64,000 bases of DNA from assembly GCA_946965045.2 (NCBI GenBank), contig OX337230.1, positions 1,302,001-1,366,000 of the forward strand, written 5' to 3'. The stretch is from Epithemia pelagica. Lineage: Eukaryota; Protista; Bacillariophyta. Positions 30,900-43,253 of this stretch are shown here, in pieces. The translations under genes were made by a program, and so were the position numbers. The notes under the pieces were generated by a model. That model did not search any database, was not told where the DNA came from, and saw only the letters and a list, made by a program, of their open reading frames with translations. Each line of letters opens with the position of its first letter. Positions within the stretch are counted from its first letter, which is position 1.

Positions 30900-32245
30900 T
30901 CAGTTGTTCTGTTGTATCGTTCGCAGTTCTTTCCTATCCTTGGAAACCGTCTTTAATCGATCCATGAATTCAATCAAGAGAGGGTGGACGAGTTCCGGCG
31001 CCTCATCATGTGGGCAGTGTCCGATACCCTCCAAACTCTCAATCCGTTCCACCACCGAACTAAAGCGCTCAAGTCCCTCCACACGTGGACCACTCGTCCA
31101 TGGATCTGCAGTGCCATAACAGACCCACACAGGCTTGTTATCAGGAAAGGCCTGTAGCTGCTGTTCCGGTAAGGGGCCCGCCGAATATGAGAGAGTGTCA
31201 AAGACAACCTGACTCGCACCCGGTGTGAGCAATGGATCCAACAGTACTTTCACCAACGTATCATCCACAGCCGAGGACACCGCGTAGGGTTCCTGCAATA
31301 TTTGCTTCACAGTATCAGGAACTGCAAGAAAATCAAAGGCCGTCTGTCCATATCGTCGCAAAGCACCCTGAACTTGCCGAATCACAGGCATGGTCAGAGC
31401 AGAAAAGGGGACTTCCGCCGAGTGCAACTCTCGAAAATTTGGATTGATCACAAACACGCCGGTATAGAGATCGGGTTCGTCCAAGACTGCCTGGAACGAA
31501 GAAATCGTTCCAATCGAGTTGCAGACCAGAGTCACCTGGGGATGATCATGTTTGTCATTGCCCAGTATAATATCACGCGAGAAATCTGACAAAAGTTGAC
31601 CCCACGTGAAGAAGTTGTAGGGACTACCAAGAGGACTGTTTCGAATTACAATTCACATCAACCCGAATTTCAATCAATATCATAATGATTGTGCGAAACA
31701 GAGATAGAACAAAGAACAAATCCATCGTCAAACCATAGTTTGCTGAGTTGCCAGAGTTACGAACCAATCACTGTCACGATGAAAGAGACAACAAAATCCA
31801 AGACTCACTGTCGTAGGTCAACGTCCCGAACGCAGTCGCCGCCCGAGGAGGTTCCGAGATTGACGCCTTGTAACACGGCAGGATCGTTTCCAAATCGAGC
31901 ATATTCGGCATTCACTTTTTGAGCCACGGTCGAACTGCGATCAGGTTTATCAGAGTACCCACAACCAAACAAGTCCAGTGCATATACTTGGTACCCCTTC
32001 TCGCTGAGCTCAATAAGAGACTTGCGCCAGTGGTCCGAATTCACAAAAAGGCCATGCACCAACAACAGTGGCTCTCCGTCGACAGGTCCTCCACGTTGAT
32101 ATCGAATGGATTGCCCTTCCTTCCATTCGTAGAACTGGTTTGGTAGCCCGGTCGCTGGCGAAGTGCTCGGTACTGACACAGGGCTAAGAGCGGAAGCGAC
32201 ATAGACAGTCGCAACGGCAATCAACAGCAACAGGATCATGTTCAT
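30900..32245 (-). CDS. Alpha/beta hydrolase with signal/plastid-type leader (intron 31636-31808)
   Basis: LLLVHGLFVNSDHWRK, ALDLFGCGYSDKP, spliced DLRH|PLGSPYNFFTWGQ, VCNSIG nucleophile elbow, GTADPW, GIGHCPHDEAPE. Confidence 0.9.
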
Positions 32246-32521
32246 GGTTCTCAACACACTGGGTCAGAAGAGCGATGAGTTCGTCGACATCATTCGTCCG
32301 CCTTTGCGCGACTGAAAAGCTGACTCATTTTCTAGCGCCGACGGCCTCGTCAATCCATTGGTATCTTCTGTTACTCCTAGAGGTATGAGTACGACGATGC
32401 GCCAACCGAACAAAGGCGGATTGCACAACAGAGTGGTGCTGATCTTAAACCTAACAGTAGCTAAAGCAATTATCCTAAGTGGACCTAAACATTACCTTGA
32501 TCCGTGTTAACACGGTACAAC

Positions 32522-32959
32522 TTAATTGCAGTATTTGCCAATTCGTGCGACAATCTCCAAGTAATGCGTTTCCTCGTAAAGTCTGGTGACAGGGTTTCCA
32601 TCCTTGAACAGAATCATGGCAGGAGACTTGTCGGCGGCATCCCAAAGCTTGGCCAATTCTGGATAGTCTTGTTGCTTGATCGAAACCAAGGTTGCGCGAT
32701 CCTCCAGCAATTTCTTGGCACGGAAAATGTCATTTTTGATGGCCGATTCTGTGTTGGCGTCGTAAAAGTTGATCAAAACTGGCTTTTCCTCAGGAAACTT
32801 GGCTAAGATCTCCTCCATTGTGTTGAATTTCGCCATCTCAAGGGCACTCTTCACATCCCGTCGAGTGGATCCATTGGGGACAACTGGTGCAAACCCAAGG
32901 GAAGATGTAAGCAATCTGAAGACCACCAGAGCAGAAAAGAGAGACTTGAACAACTCCAT
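32522..32959 (-). CDS. Plastid-targeted thioredoxin-fold protein lacking CXXC
   Basis: Signal peptide ending SSLGF-AP (ASAFAP-like). KPVLINFYD...LVSIK...AKLW...SPAMILFKDGNPVTRL resembles a thioredoxin fold. Confidence 0.65.
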   Translation of the reverse strand: MELFKSLFSALVVFRLLTSSLGFAPVVPNGSTRRDVKSALEMAKFNTMEEILAKFPEEKPVLINFYDANTESAIKNDIFRAKKLLEDRATLVSIKQQDYPELAKLWDAADKSPAMILFKDGNPVTRLYEETHYLEIVARIGKYCN

Positions 32960-33374
32960 TGTCTTTGTCGATGATTCTTTGCACCGTTTATGGAATTGAC
33001 AGTTGACAGGTTTAGATAGAAGATCGAATGATGAAGCCGATCGACGGCGGGCGAACCTTGTGTTGACGGAATCAACTCCACGTGGCATACGAACAAAGAG
33101 GGACTCATACTGTTGACTCAACTATGCATCCTATCCGTCATTTTATGAATGTACGAGGGAGATGGACGATAGACGATGCGAGATGATGCTTATTCCTTTC
33201 TGTCCATTCAAGGAATACGACATTTCTACAATTGAATATTGAATCACAAAGTCTTTCCCTTCTTACGCGATGATCCACTATCCCATGGATGAGGAGTAGC
33301 AGTTTATGTACCGTTTATGTCTATGTGTACAAAGCATCAGGTAGAGCAAATTTTTTCTTCTACCCTCGAAACAA

Positions 33375-34676
33375 TCAATTCTCTTCATTCATAAGAGTGT
33401 TCACTTCACGACAGATGGAACTTATTGTGGAGCTTGTGGAGTGAAAGGATTGGAACAAAGGAACAAGGCCGTAGACTTCCAGTGCGGCGACCTCAAAGAA
33501 TCCACTCGATATCAAAGGAGGATTTCCATATGTTCCACAAAAGCCAGTCTGGCCTCGAGAGAAGCAATCTTCCACAATAATCCCAAAGTCGCCACCACCA
33601 CCCATAGCGATCTTCGCCTCTTCCACATCACATATTTGGCAGTAATCGTTAGTCCCGGTCCACTTATATATTTGCTTTTCTTTAGTTGTTGAAGAGGAAT
33701 GCGAGGTAGGGCTTTCACAATTGCTGGTCCCGCGACTGGTGACAGAATTGAAGGAAAACAAGAAAGACTGCCCTGTACCGTAGTAGGCATGCCGCTTCCC
33801 ATATCCCTCTTGTCCTTCCCAGGTTTGAGTGGCAAAGCCCCCGAGTATCTCGCCTTCCGTTGTTTGCACAACGAGAAGTGTATGGCGAAACGGTTGACAT
33901 CTATCGAGAAAGCTGACAAAACTGTCTCCATCGCGACCAATGGCAAAGCATCTATCCCATCGGTTCCCTTGCAATGTTTCTGGAAAGCCATTGTCGTGAA
34001 GAAACTGCATCATTTCATGCGTTAGAATTCGCGGACAAGACTGAAGATCACTTGGTTCTTCCCATTCCACCTGCACAGGTTGATAATCGGGGTCCGCGTG
34101 GAGATCTGGATCGTTGCTTATTACATGTGTTTCCGCTTCTGTCACTGCCGTTGATTCTTCTACTGATTTGGTTTGATTCGACGTGTAACAAGGATGATCG
34201 TCGTTCTCTTCTCGGCGCTGATCCTTCACAAAGGACACAGCGACTCGATCTACAGGGGGTTGAATCTCTACTCGAAACGGCGCTGGTGGTTGTTCGTGTC
34301 CCAGAGGTGAAAACAAAGCCATTTCCCAGTCGTTCACACTCACGGAATCCTCCGCGACAGAATGATCGTCTGATTGGCGTTGATATTGCTGTTCGTCTTC
34401 TTCGTTCTTAAGACGCTTTACCGCTTGCTTGAGCAAAAGATTTTCCTCAATGCGCCACAAGAGCGTTCGCGGAAACGAAATTTTCCCCCATCGTCCGTGC
34501 CAGGATCTCTCTGATGCATTGAGAGGATGAATCGAATTTGGCGGATCTACATTGGGTTCGTTGCTGCGTGCAAAAGTGACCTCCTTTCCGGTGAACGCAA
34601 ACCGATCGGGGGACGCACACAACGGTGAGGTTGAAGACGTGGATGAAGGCGTTGCGGCTTCTTGGACCCAAATCAT
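33375..34676 (-). CDS. TLDc-domain protein (OXR1/NCOA7-like)
   Basis: RDGDSFVSFLDRC, TLLVVQTTEGEILGGFA, YYGTGQSFLF, YKWTGTNDYCQ, AMGGGGDFG, GTYGNPPL, FEVAALEVYG. Confidence 0.9.
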   Translation of the reverse strand: MIWVQEAATPSSTSSTSPLCASPDRFAFTGKEVTFARSNEPNVDPPNSIHPLNASERSWHGRWGKISFPRTLLWRIEENLLLKQAVKRLKNEEDEQQYQRQSDDHSVAEDSVSVNDWEMALFSPLGHEQPPAPFRVEIQPPVDRVAVSFVKDQRREENDDHPCYTSNQTKSVEESTAVTEAETHVISNDPDLHADPDYQPVQVEWEEPSDLQSCPRILTHEMMQFLHDNGFPETLQGNRWDRCFAIGRDGDSFVSFLDRCQPFRHTLLVVQTTEGEILGGFATQTWEGQEGYGKRHAYYGTGQSFLFSFNSVTSRGTSNCESPTSHSSSTTKEKQIYKWTGTNDYCQICDVEEAKIAMGGGGDFGIIVEDCFSRGQTGFCGTYGNPPLISSGFFEVAALEVYGLVPLFQSFHSTSSTISSICREVNTLMNEEN

Positions 34677-35251
34677 GGTGTTGTGATGTGGGTTGATAGT
34701 TGATGATGCTGGGGCATCAACCTAGAATCCTTCCCATCCCGTTCTTGTTCCTGTCCCTTTGGTCGCACTGCTTTCAGGTCTTTTCCTGGAAACACACTTG
34801 GAATGATGAGGTGGAACGACGTAAAGATGAATTGCTCGATGTAAGGAGGTCTTCACACGGGCTCAATCTTGCCAATACGGAGATCCTGGATTAGAGAGCA
34901 GAGGCAAAGAGAGCACATCGGACGCGATCCTATTGTAATCGCCCTTGTTGCAGTCCGGCTTTGTTACATACGGAAAAATCGTGAGTATGGTTCTGCTTGA
35001 GTTATTGTTAGATAGAGGAAGTCCTTGCCGGCCGGATTCATCGCCTTTGATCGTGCATGTTGGCACGCGCTTGGTCATAGCATAGTATTGTACGGAATGA
35101 CTTTTTTGTTTTGGGAGAAGCTACAGTATTATAGTCTAGAAATGCGTGACATGTGACGGCGATTTCTGCTGTACCCTTAAGCCCATTTTAATATTACTTA
35201 TAATGGCACTCTCGCGGAAATTTCGGTGTCTACCCGCCAAAATTTCAATTA

Positions 35252-36627
35252 CCCTCGGTATCAGTGTCCACTGCTTAGCTGTTTTTTGTCTGTGCCACCT
35301 TCATAGGTTCCCAGGTGGACACAGACAGGAAATTTCCTTTTTGACTCAAATGGAAATGGCTAAAAAGCAAATTGGCGCGCATACCCAGCTGGAGTTTTCA
35401 CAGTACATGAAACAGACGCAAGCCCAGCAAGCGGCCCTGCGTGGATGACGGTTGGTTGGTCTTCGCAGAATGCGCCATCCAAATCCGCCATAAAATCACA
35501 CAGAGGCCATCACAGTTCACAATGGCATGGCATGAATTGTCGCCTTTCATGCAATTGAGGTAAGTTTGAACGCACAAAATGTTTCCATGACAACAGCTCT
35601 TGTACTGTCATTCTAACTTCTCCCTCACTCTTGTATTCGTTTTTCTCTTCTGATATTCTCCATTCGCCAACTGTCTCTCTCCACTTCTTTGAGAGCGAAA
35701 GTTTTGTGCCTATGGAATGCCTATTCTCCATTCGAGCCTCGGCTTAAAATTGGAAAGCACAACATAAAGCTTCTTTTCTTTGAATTTTGGAGGAGTTTTT
35801 ATCTGTAGTTTAGTTCTCATCTTTCATAGGTTTTGTAAGATCGTTGCAGCGTGTTATTTCCTTGTTTTCAACAACCATGACACTCTGAAGCAGGTAAGAA
35901 GCCATCTTCCAGCATATCCGATAGACTCTATGATCCATGACGACTACTCCTCTAGTTATAGTAGGACTAGTGACAACAAGATGCTGCAGTTGTCGTCATC
36001 TAGATCTACCACTCAACGAAAGGTTCTGTGGTCGACACGGATGATGGATGGGCGAAACACAATGATGAGTGTAAAAAACATGCTACAAAGATATGAAGAC
36101 AACCAACCAACAATCAAACAGCACTACGAATAAAGCAAAGGAAAAGTTGTGGCAAATGGCCTACAATGACTTGTCCTCCGTTTCATTGCGACAAAATCAA
36201 AGGACAACAAACCATCAACTTTAACATGGACAAAGATAAATGAGATAACGTGTGAGAAAACTATGCAGGGAATGAAAGAAGCTAAGAGACAAACAACAAG
36301 TAACAAGAGAGAAAACCAACCAACATACTGCTTCAGGTCACAAGGATTCGTAAAGAGCTCGCTTCATGGTCAATGTCGATGTTTTTGACACCGCGTGAAA
36401 TTTTTTGTGACGAGTATGAAAGGATTCCAAATTTGAATCGTGGTCACGGTCACAGGAAGGTGCCAACCGCCAACGGCTACTTGCACGCCGGCATTTCCAC
36501 CAGCACGAGGAATCATATTGGTGAAAAGGACAGACGAAAAGTGAAATTTCCTGTCTGTGTCCACTTGGGAACCTATGAAGGTCGCACAGACAAAAAACAG
36601 CTAAGCAGTGGACACTGATACCGAGGG
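35252..36627. mobile_element. Non-autonomous DNA transposon with 85-bp TIRs (piggyBac-like ends)
   Basis: CCCTCGGTATCAGTGTCCACTGC... at 35252-35336 is inverted at 36543-36627 with 2 mismatches. Flanks ATTA/TTGT are not a clean TTAA TSD. Interior is AT-rich with a possible Cys-rich remnant. Confidence 0.75.
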
Positions 36628-36718
36628 TTGTGCGGTGTCGCGTACATGTCCTGGTGTCCAATGTGACACGAGCCAAGATAGAAATTCCGACCGTTTGTCC
36701 ACAAACCTACGCGTCCCA

Positions 36719-37090
36719 TTAGCGACTGAGGAACTCTTCCTGACGTCGGTCCACTTTTTCCACAGACCCGGATGATCCCGATATCGGATGAACAGGTGTT
36801 ACTGAGGCTGTCATTTGAGGCCGGTGTTTGGCTTCCCAGGCATCATAAATATGTTGTGGAACCTTCCTCGGGTTGCAACGAATACAAGTTCCCTCAAAAA
36901 CATTTTCATTTGACAGAGCCTTCCGCCCCAGAATTCTAGTCTTTTCATGTGTTGTTATTCCGCAGCGAAGACAAAGACCACGGCGATCGGCAATCTGTTT
37001 GTGCTGGTCTTCTGTATACAATCGACCATTCCTATCATGGCTAGGGATAGCTGATTGAGAAGAGTGATCAAATTGTCCAATTCCCTCCAT
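36719..37090 (-). pseudogene. Short or truncated protein with CxxC...CxxC zinc ribbon
   Basis: LCLRCGITTHEK...NENVFEGTCIRCNP. The stop codon falls within an 18-bp motif also found at 43111, suggesting truncation. Confidence 0.5.
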
Positions 37091-37262
37091 GATGCAATAC
37101 TACGATTCGACGGCTGCAAGGTCATCCAGGGTCAACCACTCTATCAGTGCCTACGGATACTGTATCTCAACTGGTTATGTCGAATAGAAAGCGCAACCTG
37201 CTGTTGTCGTTGCTCCATCAATGTCGCTCTAGGAGGCATGGGGATGCAGGATGATTCTCGAG

Positions 37263-37318
37263 AGTCTCGAGTCTCGAGTCTCGAGTCTCGAGTCTCGAGT
37301 CTCGAGTCTCGAGTCTCG
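37263..37318 (+). repeat. Perfect heptamer microsatellite (AGTCTCG)x8
   Basis: Eight consecutive exact units; unit junctions form CTCGAG. Confidence 0.95.
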
Positions 37319-37443
37319 ACTCAAATCTTGTGTGTGTGTTAGGTCGACCCACTCCCGAGATGGAAGTAAAACTTCCTAGCTTCCCGACGTAAAATATATA
37401 TTGTACACAACATCTTCACAAACGTAAACCCCGATGGGTCGTG

Positions 37444-40400
37444 TAGATTGCGGCTGTGAAGAGTGAAAGAAGTAAACTTGGACATCTTCTGCGACCCATA
37501 AAGGTGACTCATCAACGACCGATGATGCCTACTTGTATCGCAATTGGAGTCTACCTATACGAAAGAACTTACTGCTGAAACTGATTTCAGCTGCCAAGCT
37601 GAAAAAGTCTTTTGATGCGGGCATAGCACATCTGACAACGAATGGCTACCAAGGCGGATTCCCTTCAACAATGACAGAATGTCAAACAGAATGTCGCGTC
37701 ACACAGCAGAAGATTAAAGCTATGACAAAGACAGCTATATACAGAAGGCAAAACAAGCTCAAGATAGCTTTACAAGAAGCAATTGATTGTGGAGACAAAC
37801 AACAATCAAAAGCTCTCAAGCATAGGATTTCTGCTGAAAGAACAAAAGCGATGTATGCAAAACTGAGGCAATGTCGTGAGAATCCAAAAGCCGGAATAAC
37901 AAGATTGGACGTTCCATCAGACAGTACGAACACTGACTACAATAACTGTTCTAGTTGGATCACCATCGATACTCCATCAGAAATTGAAGAACGTTTACTT
38001 CAGCGTAACCGCAAACACTTCGGACAAGCTGATGGCACTTTTCCGACCGCGCCTCCGTTTTCGGAGTGGTGTGACTGGGGAGCGTCAACACATACGGCCG
38101 AATTGATTCTAGAAGGCGACTGGCAATCTGATGAGTTGACTGACATGCAACAATGCTTGATCAACCATATGAAAGTGCGAGTTGCATTGGACACAATCTC
38201 GAGTACAATAAGCACAGAAGAATGGGTGGGAAAAATTCGCTCGTGGCCCGAATCTACAACAACTTCTCCATCTGGCTTCCACCTTGGACATAGTAAGGCA
38301 CTTATCTCCGGTCACGATCTTGACCCCCAATCACCCGAGAGCAAATTGCTCGAGCACCAAAGATCTGAGTTAATCGAATGGCAAGTGGCTCTACTGAATT
38401 GCGCCTTATCCAACCAATATTCCTTCACAAGATGGCAGCACATAGTGAATGTCATGATTCTAAAAGAGCCAGGCGACTTGAGAATCCACCGCTTACGTGT
38501 AATCCATCTCTATGAACAAGATTAAAACCTTGTTCTAGCTATCAAGTGGCGAAAAATGATTCAGCTATGTACCAATCAACAAGTGTTGCATCCCACACAG
38601 TTTGGCGGCGTTCCTGGACGTGACGCTATTATTCCGACTCTTTGCAAAGAGTTTCAATACGAGATATCAAGAGCAAGCAAACGACCGCTTGTACATCTAG
38701 ATTATGACGCCACTGCGTGTAATGATCGGATTATTCTTTCATTTGGCAGTTTAGCCTCAAGAAGCTTCGGACAGAACAGGTCTATTGTGTTCATCAACGC
38801 GCGAACACTTGAACAAGCCAAGTATTATTTGAAGACACAATTAGGGGTGTCAGAACGCTTCTATAAGCACTGTACTTTGTACCCTATCTACGGTTCTGGA
38901 CAAGGTGCAGGGAACTCCCCGGCTATTTGGTGCGTGGTGTCCAGCATTCTCTTTGAAACCTACGAGGAAGGTGCCCATGGAGCTTCTTTTGAATCACCAG
39001 ACGGTTCGGTTAAAACTAAGGTGTATATGATCGGTTTCGTTGACGATACGAGCGGAAGTGCCAACGACTTTCGACGCCCATCTCGTGCTCCTCTCGCCCA
39101 TTATATTTCCAAGGCCCAAGATGATGCGCAACGTTGGAATGACGTGCTTGCCTTGTCCGGTGGTGCACTAAACCCTCAGAAATGCTCATACCACTTCATG
39201 TACTATGATTTTAGTATTGATGGTCTTCCCTTGCTTCAAGCCGGCACATTTGGTCCAACCATTACAATCACTTTCAATGATGGCGCTCAAGGCTCGCAAC
39301 TGACCCAGTTGTCAGCGTACAAAAGTCACAAGACGCTAGGTGTTCAGAAATCGCCTCATGCTACAAACAAAGGACTATATTTCGCTTTGGCTAAACGTAA
39401 CAACAGTCACACAAGGACCATGGCTCGTAGCCCCTTCAGCAGGACTGATGCGTGGGCATATTATCATGCTATCTACTTGCCCAGCATGTGTTACCCATTT
39501 CCTTCCTCAACTATCTCGGATTCATTTTGCACAGCACTATAACGCCAATTCAAGAAAGCTTTCTTACCCAAGTATGGTTTCAACAGAAATATGCCCAACG
39601 CTGTGGTTTATGGACCGTCTGAACTTGGTGGGATCGGCCTTTGCACTTTATCTGTCGAACGAGGCATAGCTCAAGTCTACCATTTTTTGGCTTGTATCCG
39701 TTCCGAAGGAGTTCAAAATGAACTTGCAAAAATCATGGTTTCTTGGGGTCAATTTCTCGCTGGTACTGGAATCCCTGTTTTAGAAGACGTGCACACGAAT
39801 CTACCGCATATGGAGCCAATGCAATGACTACCTCAGATGCGCTCCTTTTTATCAACAGTGGATTGCCGAATTGAACTTGAGCAGACATTTGTCCCAGATC
39901 TTCAACGGGAACAAAATTCTTTTTTGATGGATTTGGCTCTTGCCTTTACCACGTCTCCAACAGACTTGAAACTGATTAATGCTTGTCGTCTCTACCTTGG
40001 AGTGACTTTTGTCAGTGACATTTCTAGCCCTGAGGGGTCAATCATCACTCGTGCTGCATATGACGGTCGTCTGGATATTCTCACGCAGCATCGCGGCCTT
40101 ATCCCCTACCAACAAAGACCCGGTCCAAAATCCTGGACAAAGTGGCGTAATTTCTTGAATAGTCTTCTCAGCTCGACTCAACAGCGACGCTTGACCCAAC
40201 CACTCGGCAAATGGTACTTTGGTGGATCGTCAACTTATCGGAATTGGTTATCCTATCTAGACCGTCCGTCTTCCCGTTTATTCGTCTCGGTCCCGAATGG
40301 TCAATGGCTGGAATATCGTTACTATGGCATGGCCTTTTGGCCCACTACAACACTACACCCTACTGTCCCACCTACTGCTTGCCCAGCTCAGACGCTTTCG

Positions 40401-42192
40401 ACTGGTCCAGCGAAGATCCTGTCCTCCAGCCATTATGTGTTACCACGCACCATTACACCGCCGCCACGCTCTCTGAGTGAACATATGGCTCAACTACCTT
40501 CTTGGGAACGCTCTCTTTGCACACAGTGCACTGCTCTGTGCTCGATTGATGATCTCGCTACTTTTCTACAATCGAGTTCTCCACTGTTGGTTAGCAGTGA
40601 TGGTTCTGCCGGTTCTTTTGTTGGCACATTTGGCTGCGTTTGCTCAACTGACACTGGACAGCGACTATTTCGACTTCATGGTCCTGCGCCTGGTTACAAA
40701 ACGTCCTCATTCCGTGCGGAAAGTTACGCATTTTTAGCCATTCTACGGTATTTGATACAATCATGCCAGTTTCTAAGTTGCTCTCTACCTATCTCTCTTC
40801 AGATGTTTACTGATTCCGAGAGTCTGGTCATGACGATTCAGAAAAGGATGGAATGGTTCGTTGAGTTTCCATATTCTACAATGACGGCAGATTGGGACTT
40901 GCAACAGGCGATTTCTCGGTCGCTTCGACAGTTCGCAGACCTTCCCCATATTTGTCATATCAAAGGTCATCAAGATCAAGCACAAGCATACTCGACTTTA
41001 CCGTTACCAGCCCAACTCAATGTCGACGCTGATCATGCAGCAGCCGATTATTCTTATCCTTCACGAGTCTCTCCGTGCCTTGCACCCATCACAGCGGGAT
41101 GTCACGCATTGCTCCACAGCGCGGACGGATCGATTAACTCCAATTACCGTGCTATTCTGCGAAGGTTAGCTACCTTTGAGACCCTCCGCGAATATCATTG
41201 TACTAAATATGACTGGTCCGAAGCCGTGTTTGATTCTGTTGATTGGACTGCTCATGGTCGCGCATTGAATTCTAATTTCTCTCGCCGCCACTTTTTGGTA
41301 AAATTCCTTCATGATTGGCTCCCTCTGGGCTACCTGAAATCTCGATACGCCGCCTATTACGACGATGCTTGTCCCCTTTGTTCTAATACTCTCGAGACTC
41401 GGTCTCATTTTCTTCAGTGTCCCAACCGGGACTGGTTTGAATCTCTCGCTGACGATCTACGGTCGAAATGGAATGACCTCGAGTTCGACCCCTTTCTTCG
41501 GACTCTGCTTCTAGAATTTCTCCGTTCTTTTCTTCGCAACACCACTCCATCTTTCCCCCCTGTACCTCATGCTTACCAAGGTGCTATTCTCTCACAGCTT
41601 ACCATCGGGCATGAGCAACTGTTTGTTGGCCGTTTTTCTTCTCAATGGGCACATCTCCAAGACGCCTACTTACAACGCGTTTCTCTCTCTTCTCCGTTCT
41701 TCTCTGGCACTTGTATCATCACCGCTACCATCAATATCATATGGCTTCATGTGTTCAATCTCTGGCTCCGCTGTAATCAAGATCTTCATGGTGACTCCCC
41801 CGAAACTATTGAGACTGCCGAGTATGCCCAAGCCAAGCGTGAAGTCCTTGCCCTCTATGCCCTCAAAGATAAAGTTCAAGCTTCCGATGTTATCCTTTTC
41901 TACGACACTCCGGAACTCCATTTCTCCATCGATACCACCTCACTCGCTCTTTGTCACTGGCTCAACACATGGCGACCTGTTATACTTCGGTCTGCTTCTG
42001 TTAGAATTCTCACCGTCTATGGTGGTTAGATTCTACATCTCATCGATTCCCCATGTCACATAGCCTCGTGCTATCGCATCATGCCATCTAGCTTCGAGCT
42101 ATGTTCCCTAGCTTTGCGCTATATCGACCTATATTTCTTCGCAAATCATGAAAAGTGAGAATAGATTGACGAACTCACTCTCAAGACTAAAC
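37444..42192 (+). mobile_element. 5'-truncated non-LTR retrotransposon (Ambal-like LINE with RT, RNase H and CCHC finger)
   Basis: One reading frame 37533-42029 with three nonsense codons (38523, 39540, 39825). RT: QFGGVPGR, DATACNDRI, GSGQGAGNSP, FVDDT. RNase H: SDGS, RAESYA, FTDSESL, HIKGHQD, LNVDAD. CPLC...HFLQC finger. Candidate TSD TGGGTCGTG at 37435-37443 and 42193-42201. Confidence 0.88.
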
Positions 42193-43253
42193 TGGGTCGT
42201 GCGGTATTACAACGGACGTAAATTTGGCCGTTGCTCGGACATTATACTAACGCCCTAAGCGTACGCGCCCAAAATCATCGAGCGCGCCCAAGCGACATCC
42301 GAGCGCTGTCGGCATCTATCCGACCCAACGGTCTAAGTATCCCAAGCACGACACACGATCACGCGAGACCATATTTCCATTCCCACAATCTCCAAATTGT
42401 CAACAAGCTGCGCGCCATGAAAACAACTATGCCAACCCAAAGCAAGAGCTGTTGACCCTGTATATGTTATCCGTCCACATATACATGTCATATACATCAC
42501 ATGAATCGACTCCAACTATTCCAAACCTGTTGCCGCCAAGAACCTATGACACATGACCCTTGGCAGGACCGAACATTTCACGTAGACCTATTGTAGTAAT
42601 CAACACACAATCTAACAATATCACCATTTATCACATCTTCTTTTGTGTCCCGACTATCCTTCTGATAGACTTTGACTTGCTTGCTTCTCTGACCCTGAGA
42701 AGCTTGTATCGGTTGGTGACCTACCTGATTGTCTGCTCTACCAAGCATCAATGCCTCTGCAATTCCAAGAGAATTGTAATAGCTTCTTCCCCGTGATTTC
42801 TTACACCCCAAAGTACTGTTAGTCCTCGCCTAGTTTTCTAGGCCGGGCGCGTCGGTCGACGGCACCCTAGCGGGTCCGCGCGGCAGCGTTAAAATAGACT
42901 GTACCTTTTTTTTCCACTTTTTCCACAGACCCCAAAACGACCATGGGAAATGGGAATGGGAGTGGAAGGGGAGAAAAGCGGTGACGATGTTGATTGTGTA
43001 AAGACTTCGATAGTCGATAATTTCTCTGTTGTATCGAGCTGCTTGCACAAAGTCATTCAATTGAGATGCGCTCCGTCGAATGTTTTGTAAAAATGGACCG
43101 TTGAGTACAATACGCGTCCCATTAGCGATTGGATCACTTTTAGAAAAGATCCTCCCTCCGGGCATGTTTTTGTTGTTCCGACCAAGGCGAAAGTTTGTTT
43201 CCATATCAATAGTATAAAGTATTCTCTGGTAGTAAAGCTTTCTTCTTGGCACC

